Part shown: piece by piece, positions 27,582 through 37,408 of the stretch | Numbering within the stretch: position 1 is the stretch's first letter | Layout: each line of letters starts with the position of its first letter | DNA from: Aliarcobacter sp. | Lineage (GTDB): Bacteria; Campylobacterota; Campylobacteria; Campylobacterales; Arcobacteraceae | Direction of reading: 5' to 3' | Length of the DNA stretch: 64,000 bases | Assembly: GCA_028681275.1 (NCBI GenBank) | Contig: JAQUIV010000001.1 | Location: forward strand, 880-64,879 | Program-made: the position numbers and the translations under genes | The notes under the pieces: model-generated | The model's database searches: none | The model's input: the letters and a program-made list of their open reading frames with translations, nothing else | Told to the model about the DNA's origin: nothing

Positions 27582-28172
27582 ATGGCAGTAAATCAAGATT
27601 CAAGATTAAAAGTTCAAGTTGTTTATGAAAGCAATAACTGGAGTCCAAAAGAAGTAAAAGAAAATCGTTTTGCAGACGATGAAGAGATAAAAATAAAAAC
27701 AATTGAAAGTTGGGTAACAAAGTTCGGCTGGAAAAAAAATCGTTTCGCCAGCGAAATGGAAGCAATAGATAATGTTATTGAGGGAACATTACCAATTGAT
27801 GAAGTTAAAAAAATCGTTAAAGATAAAATGAAAAGTGATGTAGTAGATTGTGAAGTAGTGGGTGATGAAAACGATGATGAAGATGATAAATATTCAGGGA
27901 TGATGGCGATAGAGTTATCTTATAAGGTTTTAAATGTTCATGCTCTTCAGTTTGAAATGGCAAATAACCTAGAAAAAACAAAAAAATTAGCAGATAAATC
28001 AAATAGTATTGGAGTGAAAAAAACTTATCATGATATGTTAATAAATACTTACCAAACTATTCATGGGAAAAACATAAATATTACTCCTAAAAATCCTGAT
28101 GATAACTCTTTGTCAACTGAAGATATTAAAAAGAAAAGTGATGAAGAGCTAGATAGATTGATAAAAGGATAA
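27582..28172 (+). CDS. Probable terminase small subunit
   Basis: N-terminal HTH ending TIESWVTKFGWKK; C-terminal SDEELDRLI. Confidence 0.6.
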   Translation: MAVNQDSRLKVQVVYESNNWSPKEVKENRFADDEEIKIKTIESWVTKFGWKKNRFASEMEAIDNVIEGTLPIDEVKKIVKDKMKSDVVDCEVVGDENDDEDDKYSGMMAIELSYKVLNVHALQFEMANNLEKTKKLADKSNSIGVKKTYHDMLINTYQTIHGKNINITPKNPDDNSLSTEDIKKKSDEELDRLIKG

Positions 28173-28174
28173 TT

Positions 28175-28582
28175 ATGAAAAAGTCAAAAAGATATGGATA
28201 TAAAAAAGGCTATGAAGATAATCCCGAGCGAAGAGTTCATTGCCCTCAATGGAGTTTTTATCCAAATTTTATAAAAGAATTAGCTAATAATGCAGAATTA
28301 AATAATGTTTCAAGAAGCTGTTTTTTTGAAACAATAGTACAAAACTTTTTTTTACTTGAAAATCCAGTAATCCAAATATATAAAAAAAATAGCTATTGTA
28401 CTACTGAAAAAACAGAAAGCTTAGAAAAATTAACTATTCATCCAAGTGTCTTAAAAATGATTGCAGAAAATGCAAAAAAGTCAAAAGTTAGCCAATCTCG
28501 CTATCTTACTTTTTTGTTTGAAATATATAAATTTAAATATAAAAATGAAATGCACCTTTATAAAATATTATCAATAAATTAA
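28175..28582 (+). CDS. Tandem ribbon-helix-helix protein, candidate late activator
   Basis: Two repeats: WSFYPNFIKELANNAELNNVSRSCFFETIV / LTIHPSVLKMIAENAKKSKVSQSRYLTFLF. Confidence 0.6.
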   Translation: MKKSKRYGYKKGYEDNPERRVHCPQWSFYPNFIKELANNAELNNVSRSCFFETIVQNFFLLENPVIQIYKKNSYCTTEKTESLEKLTIHPSVLKMIAENAKKSKVSQSRYLTFLFEIYKFKYKNEMHLYKILSIN

Positions 28583-28680
28583 TATAGGGCTTTTTTTATA
28601 ATTACTGATTATATCCCTATATTACTACTTTTATACTGATTTAATATTCCAAATATTAGCAGCTGCTTTTTTAATATCAA

Positions 28681-28719
28681 TTACCCCCCCTTTTTATAAA
28701 AATACTTTTTCTTTAAAAT
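28681..28719 (+). promoter_or_regulatory. Putative late promoter 2
   Basis: TTACCCCCCCTTTTTATA-15 bp-TAAAAT. Confidence 0.75.
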
Positions 28720-28748
28720 TGTCCTTGTAAATTAAATAAGGAGAGCTG

Positions 28749-29510
28749 ATGTTCAAACTTTTACCATTTTTAAAAAGTTTAAATATGCTTAATTCTTTTG
28801 TTGTTGATGATGTTCCAGGAGGACAACCACCTCCTACTGAAAACCCTACAAACGAACAAGCTGAAGAAAAAAAAGAACCCGTAGATAATAAAGCTGAAGA
28901 AGAAAACGAAGCTGCATTATCAAAAAGTATTACAAAAGATGAAACTCGACTTGAGTTACTGCAAGAAGAGTACAACAAAGCAGCTGATAATATTCATAAT
29001 GAATTTGAAGATATTGTTGCTACAAAACCTGAGCAAATTTTTTCACCAGAAGAAATTGATATTTTAGAAGTAACTGGTACTTTATCTGAAAAAAATAAAC
29101 TTTTTAGAGATAAATTTGAAGCTTTTAGAGATGAAAAATTATCTGTAAAGAAAAATGAGTTAGATACTTTTGGGCAAGAATTAGAGAGTAGAAAAAAACA
29201 ATATAGTTTAGTATCTGCACAAAATGCTTTTCTGAAAGAAAATCCAAAAGTAGATATGGAAGTATTTGCTGATTTTATACAAAATGATATGACTCCTAGA
29301 AAAAAACAAGAACTTTTAGCAACTGCAAAAGACGATAAAAGTGAGTTTTTAAAACTAGCATATGAAGAGTTTAAAAAAGTAAATGGTCAAGAAGAAAATG
29401 AAGATAAATTACCACCTGATTTAAATTCATTAAGTGGTATGGGGTCAGGTTCATTTGATAATAATCCTGACAATAATAAAGTATTAAGACAAATTGGTCT
29501 TATTAGATAA
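28749..29510 (+). CDS. Capsid scaffolding protein
   Basis: Acidic coiled-coil protein directly before the capsid gene. Confidence 0.7.
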   Translation: MFKLLPFLKSLNMLNSFVVDDVPGGQPPPTENPTNEQAEEKKEPVDNKAEEENEAALSKSITKDETRLELLQEEYNKAADNIHNEFEDIVATKPEQIFSPEEIDILEVTGTLSEKNKLFRDKFEAFRDEKLSVKKNELDTFGQELESRKKQYSLVSAQNAFLKENPKVDMEVFADFIQNDMTPRKKQELLATAKDDKSEFLKLAYEEFKKVNGQEENEDKLPPDLNSLSGMGSGSFDNNPDNNKVLRQIGLIR

Positions 29511-29525
29511 AAAAAAGGAAAAAAA

Positions 29526-30674
29526 ATGGCTGGACAAAATCCATATGTAGAAAGAGACCCACAGAAGCTTTTAGCTAGTGCTACAGAATTAATTATTGCA
29601 GCTAGTAAAAAAAGTACATTTACACCTTTATGTGGTAATACAAATGATGATATTATCAAAACTCAACAAGAAAAACATTCTGGTGTAAATACTGTTGAAA
29701 TGTCAATGCGAGGATTAGTAAGAGGTACAGGAGTTAAAGGAAATTCTAATTTAGATTCTAATAGAGATGATTTGGAATATTTAACTATGAGAGTAGAGGG
29801 TGATGTTCTTGCAAACTCACTAGAAAGTAAACATCAAAAAATTACTTCTGCTTCTATTGCACAAAACTTTAGAAGAGATTCAAAAGATGGTCTTTCTGAC
29901 TGGCTATCTGATAGAATGGATAGAATTAGATTTGCTAAATTATCAGAAAAATGTACAAATATTGTAGTTGTAAAAGCAAACGGGCAAGTTGTTCCTGCAA
30001 GTAAAATTGCTGATGCAGTTGATGGTCTAGTTAAAGGTGATTTATTTACTACACAAACTGCTGATGAGATGTTATCAAGAGCTGAAAATGGCTATATTGA
30101 TGAAAATGGTGATAGACATCCTCCTGTTAGACCTTATAAAACAGAAGTAAAAGTAGTGAATGGTATTGAACAATTAGTTGAATATTATATTATCTACTTA
30201 GGACCAGAAAGTGCAAAAAGCATTACTGAAGATCCAGTTTATTTACAATGGCAAGATTCTTTAACTAAAGCTAATAAAAGTGATTTCTATCTTAATGGAC
30301 TTATTGGACAATATAAAAATGCAATTTTTGTTAAAAAGAATGCATGGTCTCCAGAGTTTGCAGGGATATTAACTTCTAATATTGAATCATTTGAAGATTA
30401 TGCAAATGGCTTTACTCAATATAGCGGTAAAGGTGGAATTTTAACAGAAATTAATTTACTTGTTGGTGCAACTGCTGGAATGCAACCATTTCAAGGGATA
30501 CCTGATTATATTGAAGATTCTACCGATTCTGGAAGAAAAATGATGAGTGCAGTTGATATATGGTTTGGATTTGAAAAAACTAAATTTATTGGAAAAACAG
30601 AAGCACAGAAAAAATTAATTTGGCATGGAAAAGATTATGGTGTAATTGCAGCTCCCGCAGTTATGGAAAAATAG
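29526..30674 (+). CDS. Major capsid protein (DUF4043/N4-gp56-like)
   Basis: GTGVKGNSNL, LLVGATAG, GFEKTKF, KDYGVI. Confidence 0.85.
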   Translation: MAGQNPYVERDPQKLLASATELIIAASKKSTFTPLCGNTNDDIIKTQQEKHSGVNTVEMSMRGLVRGTGVKGNSNLDSNRDDLEYLTMRVEGDVLANSLESKHQKITSASIAQNFRRDSKDGLSDWLSDRMDRIRFAKLSEKCTNIVVVKANGQVVPASKIADAVDGLVKGDLFTTQTADEMLSRAENGYIDENGDRHPPVRPYKTEVKVVNGIEQLVEYYIIYLGPESAKSITEDPVYLQWQDSLTKANKSDFYLNGLIGQYKNAIFVKKNAWSPEFAGILTSNIESFEDYANGFTQYSGKGGILTEINLLVGATAGMQPFQGIPDYIEDSTDSGRKMMSAVDIWFGFEKTKFIGKTEAQKKLIWHGKDYGVIAAPAVMEK

Positions 30675-30686
30675 TAGGAGGATACA

Positions 30687-31043
30687 ATGATATTTAATGA
30701 ATATAACAAAAATGGACAAGCTAGAAAAGTTATAAAATATGGTGCAGCTAGTGTGATTGATATTTGTTCTTTACCTGTTGGTACTGATGTAGCTATTAAT
30801 ATTACTGTAGATGAAGTTTTTAATGCTGGTTCTACAATCAAAATCGGAACAAATTTAGAAGATGATAAATTTGTAAATAGTTTTAGTGTTGCAGCTATTG
30901 GAGGTAAAAATTCTGAAATTAGATTTACTACTACAGAAGCAGAAAAAGAAATTAAAGCAGTAATCAATCAAAATACTACAGCTGGAGCTTGTACAGTAAA
31001 AGTTGATTATGTTTTACCAACAAATTATGAGGTTAATTACTAA
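30687..31043 (+). CDS. Head decoration/cement protein
   Basis: Beta-rich 118 aa after capsid (VDEVFNAGSTIKIG). Confidence 0.6.
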   Translation: MIFNEYNKNGQARKVIKYGAASVIDICSLPVGTDVAINITVDEVFNAGSTIKIGTNLEDDKFVNSFSVAAIGGKNSEIRFTTTEAEKEIKAVINQNTTAGACTVKVDYVLPTNYEVNY

Positions 31044-31044
31044 A

Positions 31045-31698
31045 ATGAAAAGAGTACTTATCCCAGGATTGAGTGTAGTTGTTTATTCTGGTGAAGCAGA
31101 AAGAAAATTTTGGGAAGCGAAAGATAGGGTTACTCCTATCTTAGAAAAAGGTGATATGGTAATAATCCCAAATAATATAGCTGCTTTAATTTGCCGAAAA
31201 AATGATTTTAATATTACTAATGATTTTTATATTTTCGCTAGCGAAAAAGAAGACAAGCAAACTCCTAGTCCTTTAGCTTTAACAGAAGATGAAAAAAAAC
31301 TTATAGTTGAAAAATATTTAAATGATAATAATTTAGTTGCTATTGAAAAAGGAGCTGATGCTAATGTTAGTAATTTAGAATCAAAACTAACTCCACCACC
31401 CCCAGCAGATGATGAAAAATTAGCATCAATATTAAAAGGTTTAGAAACTGGTGAATTAAAAGAAGAAGAGTTAAGTGAGTATGACAAAGAGCTTCTTACA
31501 AAAGAAAGACAAAGAGTCTTGGATGAACAAGAACCTACTCTTGATTTAGAAAATATTACACCACTTGAAGAGTTTGAGACAAAAGACTCTTTAGAAATTT
31601 ATGGGATAACTTTTGGAATCAATTTAAATAAAACTAAAAAACTTGAGAATATGTATGCTGAGTTATTAGCTCATATTGAAACTTTAAAAACTAAATAA
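31045..31698 (+). CDS. Phage head-region protein with C-terminal HeH-like motif
   Basis: TKDSLEIYGITFGINLNKTKKLENM. Confidence 0.6.
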   Translation: MKRVLIPGLSVVVYSGEAERKFWEAKDRVTPILEKGDMVIIPNNIAALICRKNDFNITNDFYIFASEKEDKQTPSPLALTEDEKKLIVEKYLNDNNLVAIEKGADANVSNLESKLTPPPPADDEKLASILKGLETGELKEEELSEYDKELLTKERQRVLDEQEPTLDLENITPLEEFETKDSLEIYGITFGINLNKTKKLENMYAELLAHIETLKTK

Positions 31699-31710
31699 AA
31701 AGGTATTTGT

Positions 31711-32334
31711 ATGATTAGAGTAAGTGATGTAATTCTAAAAATTAGAACTAGATTAAACGATACTGATTATATAAAATATAAATGGAGTGATGAAGAGTTA
31801 TTTGATTATATCAACTCTTCATTAACTCATATAGCAACTGAATTTTTGATATTTACAGATAGAACTGAAATAGATTTAAAAACTGGAGTTAATAGATATA
31901 AAATACCTGCTAATTCTATAAATGTTATATCTTTAAATATTAATAATAATCCTGTTGAAATAAAAAGTTTAGCTTGGATACAAAATAATTTAAACAATAT
32001 AAATAAGAATCACTTTTATATATGCTTTGATGAACAAAGTTTATATGTACATCCTATTTCTAATATTTTAGATGATATGAAAATTGAAATGTTTTTTAAT
32101 TTTATCCCACAGATTGACAATATTGAAGATGAAATAAATATTTCAATCTTAGCAAATGATGCATTGCTATTCTATTCACTACATTTAGCATTTCAAATAA
32201 ATACAAGTGAGAAAAATGCCTCAAAAAGTGTAAATTATCTAAATCTTTTTGAAAGACAAATGGAAAAAATAAAAGGCGTATTAATTGGAAATAAACAATC
32301 TAAAAAAATTCGTAGTAAATATAATAAGGTTTAA
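31711..32334 (+). CDS. Head-to-tail adaptor protein
   Basis: IRTRLND...KWSDEELFDYIN. Confidence 0.7.
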   Translation: MIRVSDVILKIRTRLNDTDYIKYKWSDEELFDYINSSLTHIATEFLIFTDRTEIDLKTGVNRYKIPANSINVISLNINNNPVEIKSLAWIQNNLNNINKNHFYICFDEQSLYVHPISNILDDMKIEMFFNFIPQIDNIEDEINISILANDALLFYSLHLAFQINTSEKNASKSVNYLNLFERQMEKIKGVLIGNKQSKKIRSKYNKV

Positions 32335-32336
32335 AA

Positions 32337-33203
32337 ATGGTAGATATTAAAGAAATAACAAAAAATATCAATACTCTATCTGAGGATATAAATAAAAATG
32401 TATTTGTTGAACAAGCTAGAAAATCTTTTAAAGAGGGAATAGATACATATGATATGTCAGATGAAGAGAGAGCAAAATTTCTAGCTCAATATGAAGCAAA
32501 CTTATCTATTGGAGTAGTTAATAGTATTATTTCTAAAGCTTTTGATTTAGTTGAATTAAATTTAAGAGTTGAATTACTAAATAAACAAATAAGTACAGAA
32601 AATATTAACCAAGATATAAAAAGTCAACAAGAGATAGCAGAAAGAATAAAAAATGGAAATATTCTATATGTTTATACATATTATCAAGATACTGATGATG
32701 AAGTAATAGCTGGAACAAAAAGAGCTGGAGATATTAAAACTAAAACACTTAATGCAAATGGTATTGGTAAATCTATTTATGAACTTGAAATGGACAAACT
32801 TATTCAAGAACTTACCGAGAATAAAGAAAAATGGGATAAACAAAAAGTTATTGTTGATAATCAAGTTGAGATGAGCAATATTGATAAACAATTTAAATTT
32901 ACTTTAGTATCAAAAGATGTAGCTATAAAAGAAAAACAATTATCTCAAATGGCAGCAGATATTTCTTTTAATGAATCTAAAAAAATAATTATGGAGTTAA
33001 CACGAAAAGATAATATTAGGATGAAAAGTGCTGAAATGTTTGCTGAGTTCTTGAAATATTTGAGTGCTGCAAATGTTATTCCAGCTAATCAAGATTTTGA
33101 AAATATTAGAAGTTTAATTATTGCAATCCAACAAGGGCTTACAAGTGAAAATGCAACAGCATTGATTGCTTCTCCATCTGGAAATCAATATGTTAAACCA
33201 TAG
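32337..33203 (+). CDS. Virion structural protein (coiled coil)
   Basis: Late operon context. Confidence 0.6.
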   Translation: MVDIKEITKNINTLSEDINKNVFVEQARKSFKEGIDTYDMSDEERAKFLAQYEANLSIGVVNSIISKAFDLVELNLRVELLNKQISTENINQDIKSQQEIAERIKNGNILYVYTYYQDTDDEVIAGTKRAGDIKTKTLNANGIGKSIYELEMDKLIQELTENKEKWDKQKVIVDNQVEMSNIDKQFKFTLVSKDVAIKEKQLSQMAADISFNESKKIIMELTRKDNIRMKSAEMFAEFLKYLSAANVIPANQDFENIRSLIIAIQQGLTSENATALIASPSGNQYVKP

Positions 33204-33564
33204 TAAAAGCTCTCCTTTTGATTTACAAAATAAAAGAGCTATAGAAAATATTAGAATAGATTTATCAAATAAAACAGATACAGAAGTTTTAAATAGTTTA
33301 CTTCAAGGTATCTCGGAAGATGTATTTACCTTAAGTCAATTAGTTGCAAATAAAGTAAATAATGAAACATTTAATACTGCTATTCAGAGTATCTCGGAAG
33401 ATGTATTTACCTTGAGTCAATTAGTTGCGAATAAGCAAGATAAATTTACTGGAGTAACTACAGCTTTAACAATTATTACTGGAGTAAATTTCGCCAGCGA
33501 AACTGTTATAACAAAAACTTTAACTATTTCAAATGGAATTATTGAAAGTATTAGTGATGTTTAG
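33190..33564 (+). CDS. Tail needle-like coiled-coil protein with internal repeat
   Basis: ISEDVFTLSQLVANK twice; C-terminal LTISNGII. Confidence 0.5.
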   Translation: MLNHSKSSPFDLQNKRAIENIRIDLSNKTDTEVLNSLLQGISEDVFTLSQLVANKVNNETFNTAIQSISEDVFTLSQLVANKQDKFTGVTTALTIITGVNFASETVITKTLTISNGIIESISDV

Positions 33565-33937
33565 AAAACACATAAAAAAATGTAAAGCTGAAATAAGTAA
33601 ATTTGAGTTTGCATATAAAGTATTACATCCAAAAGAAATAGCTCCAAGCTATGAAATATTACTTGAGCTATCAAAAGAAGCAAATAAGATATTTATTGGA
33701 GAATATAATATTTGTCTTTTTCAAGAACTAGAAGATGAATCTTTTGAAGTAATAGCTTTTTGGTGTATCGCTAGTGAAAAACTTCCAAAAATTGAAAATA
33801 AAAAATGTTTTTTAGAAATATTAAGAGCTATAAAAAAGTTAAAACAAAAAGTTGTTATTTCAAATATTAATGAAAGCTATAAAAAAGCAACAAAAGATAT
33901 AGGTAATGACTATTATTTATTTAAAGTGAGTAGATAA
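33557..33937 (+). CDS. Phage hypothetical protein
   Basis: Coupled ORF in late operon. Confidence 0.6.
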   Translation: MFRKHIKKCKAEISKFEFAYKVLHPKEIAPSYEILLELSKEANKIFIGEYNICLFQELEDESFEVIAFWCIASEKLPKIENKKCFLEILRAIKKLKQKVVISNINESYKKATKDIGNDYYLFKVSR

Positions 33938-35286
33938 TGGGCTGTGGTAGTAAAGTTACTAATGTTATTAAAAAAGTTACTAATACTGTTGTAGATGTAG
34001 TAAAAGATACTACTAAAATTATAGTTAGTGATATTGGATCTAAATTACTAAAAACTACAGGAAGTTTATTAAGTGATATTGGAATAAAACAAGGGAAAGA
34101 ATTAACAAGAATAGGAAATCAACTTGACCAAATAGGAAAAGTACTTACAGGTGAATATCATGAATCAGTCAAAGCTATTCAAGCTCAAGAAGATAAATTA
34201 AATACACTTAAAGAAGAATATTATAATTTAGCAGATGAAATAAATGGAGAGGCTTTTCTTGGTGAAATATTTTCAATAGCTGGGAGCAATACACTTGATA
34301 GATATGTAAGTGAAAAAATACTTCCTGCCGAAGAACAATATAAAAAAATGCTCGATAATTTTAAAAAAGAATTTAGTTATATTTTAGATTGGGCAGAGGG
34401 TTCATTTTTTGAAAGACTATTTGCTTCTTTTATACTTATTATTGGTGGACTTTTAAATGATATTGGTGATATTGTAACAGGAAAAGCAAATAGTGAAACA
34501 TGGAAAAATATCATAACTACTGTTTTAAGTATAGCTGCAATAGTAATTTTACTTCCAGTTGCTCCCTGGGCATCTATTATACTTATTGCAAATCTTATTA
34601 TAACTCTTGATGCAGCTTATGCTAATGGAGCAATGCTAGGTGCAATATTTTCACTTTTAGATTTTGTATTTAATGATGTATTAAATCTTGATGATTTAGT
34701 TGCTAAAGACTTTGACCATTTTAACAAAGATAGTGAATATTACCAAGAAACACAAGCTTATTTTAAACTGGCTCTTGCAATATCAGCTGTTGTTTCTAGT
34801 TTATATTCAGTAAGTAATTTACCCGATGGAGCATTAAAAACAACAATGGCAAATATGGGATTAAGTTCTAGTACAATAAGTAATGTAGGAACAATTACAG
34901 AAGCATATAATGCATATAATGTTGCTATATCAGTAAATGATATTATAACAATGAATGATAAATACAATGAAATGTATAGCGACTTAAAAGAAAAACAAAA
35001 TATCCTAGATAATAGAATAAATTCTGCAAATAGAAGAAAAATGATAGGTTCATATATTGATATGGAGCATATATTAGCTTATCCTGATGAAATGGTAAAT
35101 GAGTATGTTATGCAAATGACACAACTAAATAATGGGGTACTTGACCCAGAGGGATTGATTTCTATGAATACTAGATATAAAGTTGAAAATCAAGATATGA
35201 CTTTTGGCTTTGAAGATATATTTGCTTATGATAATCAAGCTGGTGGGAATAGATATACAAAACAAATTTTATTTAAAACTTACTAA
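33937..35286 (+). CDS. Membrane-spanning putative ejection protein
   Basis: Several hydrophobic helices and coiled coils; late operon. Confidence 0.55.
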   Translation: MGCGSKVTNVIKKVTNTVVDVVKDTTKIIVSDIGSKLLKTTGSLLSDIGIKQGKELTRIGNQLDQIGKVLTGEYHESVKAIQAQEDKLNTLKEEYYNLADEINGEAFLGEIFSIAGSNTLDRYVSEKILPAEEQYKKMLDNFKKEFSYILDWAEGSFFERLFASFILIIGGLLNDIGDIVTGKANSETWKNIITTVLSIAAIVILLPVAPWASIILIANLIITLDAAYANGAMLGAIFSLLDFVFNDVLNLDDLVAKDFDHFNKDSEYYQETQAYFKLALAISAVVSSLYSVSNLPDGALKTTMANMGLSSSTISNVGTITEAYNAYNVAISVNDIITMNDKYNEMYSDLKEKQNILDNRINSANRRKMIGSYIDMEHILAYPDEMVNEYVMQMTQLNNGVLDPEGLISMNTRYKVENQDMTFGFEDIFAYDNQAGGNRYTKQILFKTY

Positions 35287-35297
35287 GGAGAAAAAAA

Positions 35298-35732
35298 ATG
35301 AGCGGTTTAAAATTAAATTATAGTATCTTTGATACTACAACTGGTAAAGATAGTGATTTGGATTTTAGTGGCATAGTAAAAGATACTACGGTAACAAATA
35401 GTAGTAATAGTGATATTGCAGATATAAGTGGAAGTACTGCATTAAAAAACACTACATCAAACCCAAGTTCTTTTTGGGAGGGGATAAAAAGTTCATTCGG
35501 AGGAGAGGAAACTACTACAACAGATGATGGTATGTTTAGTGGTGCAAATATTGGGAGTACTTTAAAAGGTGGTGGTGCAGTTGTTGGCGCATTAGCTGGT
35601 ATTTATGGAACACTTGAACAAACAAAATTTAACAAAGAAGTTCTAGGGATGGAAAAAGATAGAATAAATAGAAATATAAAAAGAGAAGACCAACTACAAA
35701 AGAATTATGAGGGTGTTTGGTCTAAAAATTAA
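35298..35732 (+). CDS. Small putative ejection protein (P22 gp7-like position)
   Basis: Ser/Thr-rich N-terminus, GGGAVVGALAGIYG segment. Confidence 0.55.
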   Translation: MSGLKLNYSIFDTTTGKDSDLDFSGIVKDTTVTNSSNSDIADISGSTALKNTTSNPSSFWEGIKSSFGGEETTTTDDGMFSGANIGSTLKGGGAVVGALAGIYGTLEQTKFNKEVLGMEKDRINRNIKREDQLQKNYEGVWSKN

Positions 35733-35737
35733 TATAT

Positions 35738-35797
35738 TACGGATTAACGCAATATTAAGTTTATGTTATATATAATCCATATTACGGATTAACGCAA
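35738..35797 (+). promoter_or_regulatory. Double operator plus promoter
   Basis: TACGGATTAACGCAA at 35738 and 35783 flanking TTAAGTT-9bp-TATAAT. Confidence 0.85.
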
Positions 35798-35858
35798 TTA
35801 GTTTTAATCTATAACATGAATTAATAAAACTAATATAAAATTACTGCTAGAATATTTT

Positions 35859-36059
35859 ATGGAAATTTTAGCAGTAATCATAGTTTTATTAATATTATAT
35901 TTTTATCATGCTCAAATAAAAGAGTTAAAAGCTAATTTTAGAGTAATAGTAAGAGCTCACAATGAATATGCAGATATAGCAGATGAAGAGATAAAAAAAT
36001 TAAATGATAAAATAGAAGAAATTGAAAAAGAGCTTGAAAAACTAAAGTATAAAGATTAA
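35859..36059 (+). CDS. Small single-TM coiled-coil protein
   Basis: N-terminal hydrophobic helix. Confidence 0.65.
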   Translation: MEILAVIIVLLILYFYHAQIKELKANFRVIVRAHNEYADIADEEIKKLNDKIEEIEKELEKLKYKD

Positions 36060-36067
36060 GGCAAATT

Positions 36068-36304
36068 ATGGAAAAAGAAAATATAGTTAAAAAAATTTCT
36101 AAAGAACGAGGACTTACTTATAAACAATTAGGTGAAAAAATAGGCTATACTGAAAGTGCTATAAAAACTGCAATTTCTACTGATAAAATTAGTGAGCCAA
36201 TGCAAAAAGCAATAGAAATGTATCTTAAAATAGAAGAATTACAAGAAAAAGTAAATATCCATTCTAATTTTAAAAAGTGTTTAAAAGACTTTTTAGAAGA
36301 ATAA
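36068..36304 (+). CDS. XRE-family HTH regulator
   Basis: GLTYKQLGEKIGYTESAIK; paralog of 17165-17386. Confidence 0.85.
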   Translation: MEKENIVKKISKERGLTYKQLGEKIGYTESAIKTAISTDKISEPMQKAIEMYLKIEELQEKVNIHSNFKKCLKDFLEE

Positions 36305-36360
36305 AAGTACTATTTAAAAACTAATTTATAAAAACAAGTATGCCAAAAAACTAAAATCAC

Positions 36361-36389
36361 TTGACAAAAGTTTTATAAAATACTAGAAT
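36361..36389 (+). promoter_or_regulatory. Sigma70 promoter of Rha copy 2
   Basis: TTGACA-17 bp-TAGAAT. Confidence 0.75.
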
Positions 36390-36430
36390 TCCTTAAATAA
36401 AGTTGTTAAACAACTAAAAAAGGAAAATAT

Positions 36431-37189
36431 ATGCAAACTAACTTACCTATTCAAATCAATGTGATTAACAATCAACCAGTTATTTCTACTTTAATTGTTG
36501 CAGAAAATACAGAACGGGAACATCGTTCAATTAGGCTACTAATTGAAGAGCATTCGGAAGACTTTGAAGAATTTGGAAGGGTGTCATTTGAAATGATGCC
36601 CTCTGAAACTAAAGGAGGGCTTCAAAATATAAAATATTATAATCTAAATGAACAACAAGCAACACTACTTATAACATATCTTAGAAATAATGATAAAGTA
36701 AGAGAGTTCAAAAAGAACTTAGTAAAAGCCTTTTTCTTAATGAAAGAAAAACTAAACGGACAATTACAAACTCAAGGAATACCTTTCAATCTTCAAGATA
36801 TAAAACGAGCTTGTATCGAAGCTGTAAAAGATGAGTTTTTAGAAACAAAATATATCATCAAAGATGAGCTAAAAGAAACTAGGTCTATTATAAGAGATGT
36901 ATTAAGTAATGTTATAGCTGAAAATCAAAACTTTTTAGATGAGGCAAAAAGTGTAGTAAGTACAAAAAGTTTAACAGCAGAACAATTAGACATATTAAAA
37001 ACTAGAATTGAAAATAAAGCAAAAGAATTAAGTACTTCTAAAAAGATAAGATATGAAATAGCAATTAAAACTATTTATTCAGATTTAAACTCTTATTATG
37101 GAATAAAATCTTGGTATCATCTTATGCAAGGGGATTATGACGAAGCTTTATTTGTAATAAACAATGTTTCTCTTGATAGAGGAGCTTGA
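36431..37189 (+). CDS. Rha-family antirepressor (copy 2)
   Basis: LNEQQATLLITYLRNNDKVREFKKNLVKAF; C-terminal ~150 aa identical to copy 1. Confidence 0.88.
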   Translation: MQTNLPIQINVINNQPVISTLIVAENTEREHRSIRLLIEEHSEDFEEFGRVSFEMMPSETKGGLQNIKYYNLNEQQATLLITYLRNNDKVREFKKNLVKAFFLMKEKLNGQLQTQGIPFNLQDIKRACIEAVKDEFLETKYIIKDELKETRSIIRDVLSNVIAENQNFLDEAKSVVSTKSLTAEQLDILKTRIENKAKELSTSKKIRYEIAIKTIYSDLNSYYGIKSWYHLMQGDYDEALFVINNVSLDRGA

Positions 37190-37395
37190 TTATGCAAACT
37201 TTAAAAGATAGTGTAAATAATCTTGATGCAGTTTTAGACCTTTTTTGTGATATACAAGAAAAAGCTCAAGAGCAGATAAAACAATCTGATAATCAAGAAC
37301 TCAAAAATCTTGTTTTAAAATATGAAGTTATCAAAGATAGACTTGTCAATATAGAACTTCCAAATTTATATGAACTAGCTTTTAAGGGCTAGTTC
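36723..37395 (+). repeat. 673-bp inverted repeat, right copy
   Basis: Reverse complement of 16068-16740. Confidence 0.95.
37186..37392 (+). CDS. Small helical protein, paralog of 16071-16277
   Basis: Near-identical duplicate. Confidence 0.8.
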   Translation: MIMQTLKDSVNNLDAVLDLFCDIQEKAQEQIKQSDNQELKNLVLKYEVIKDRLVNIELPNLYELAFKG

Positions 37396-37408
37396 CATTC
37401 TCAAATTT

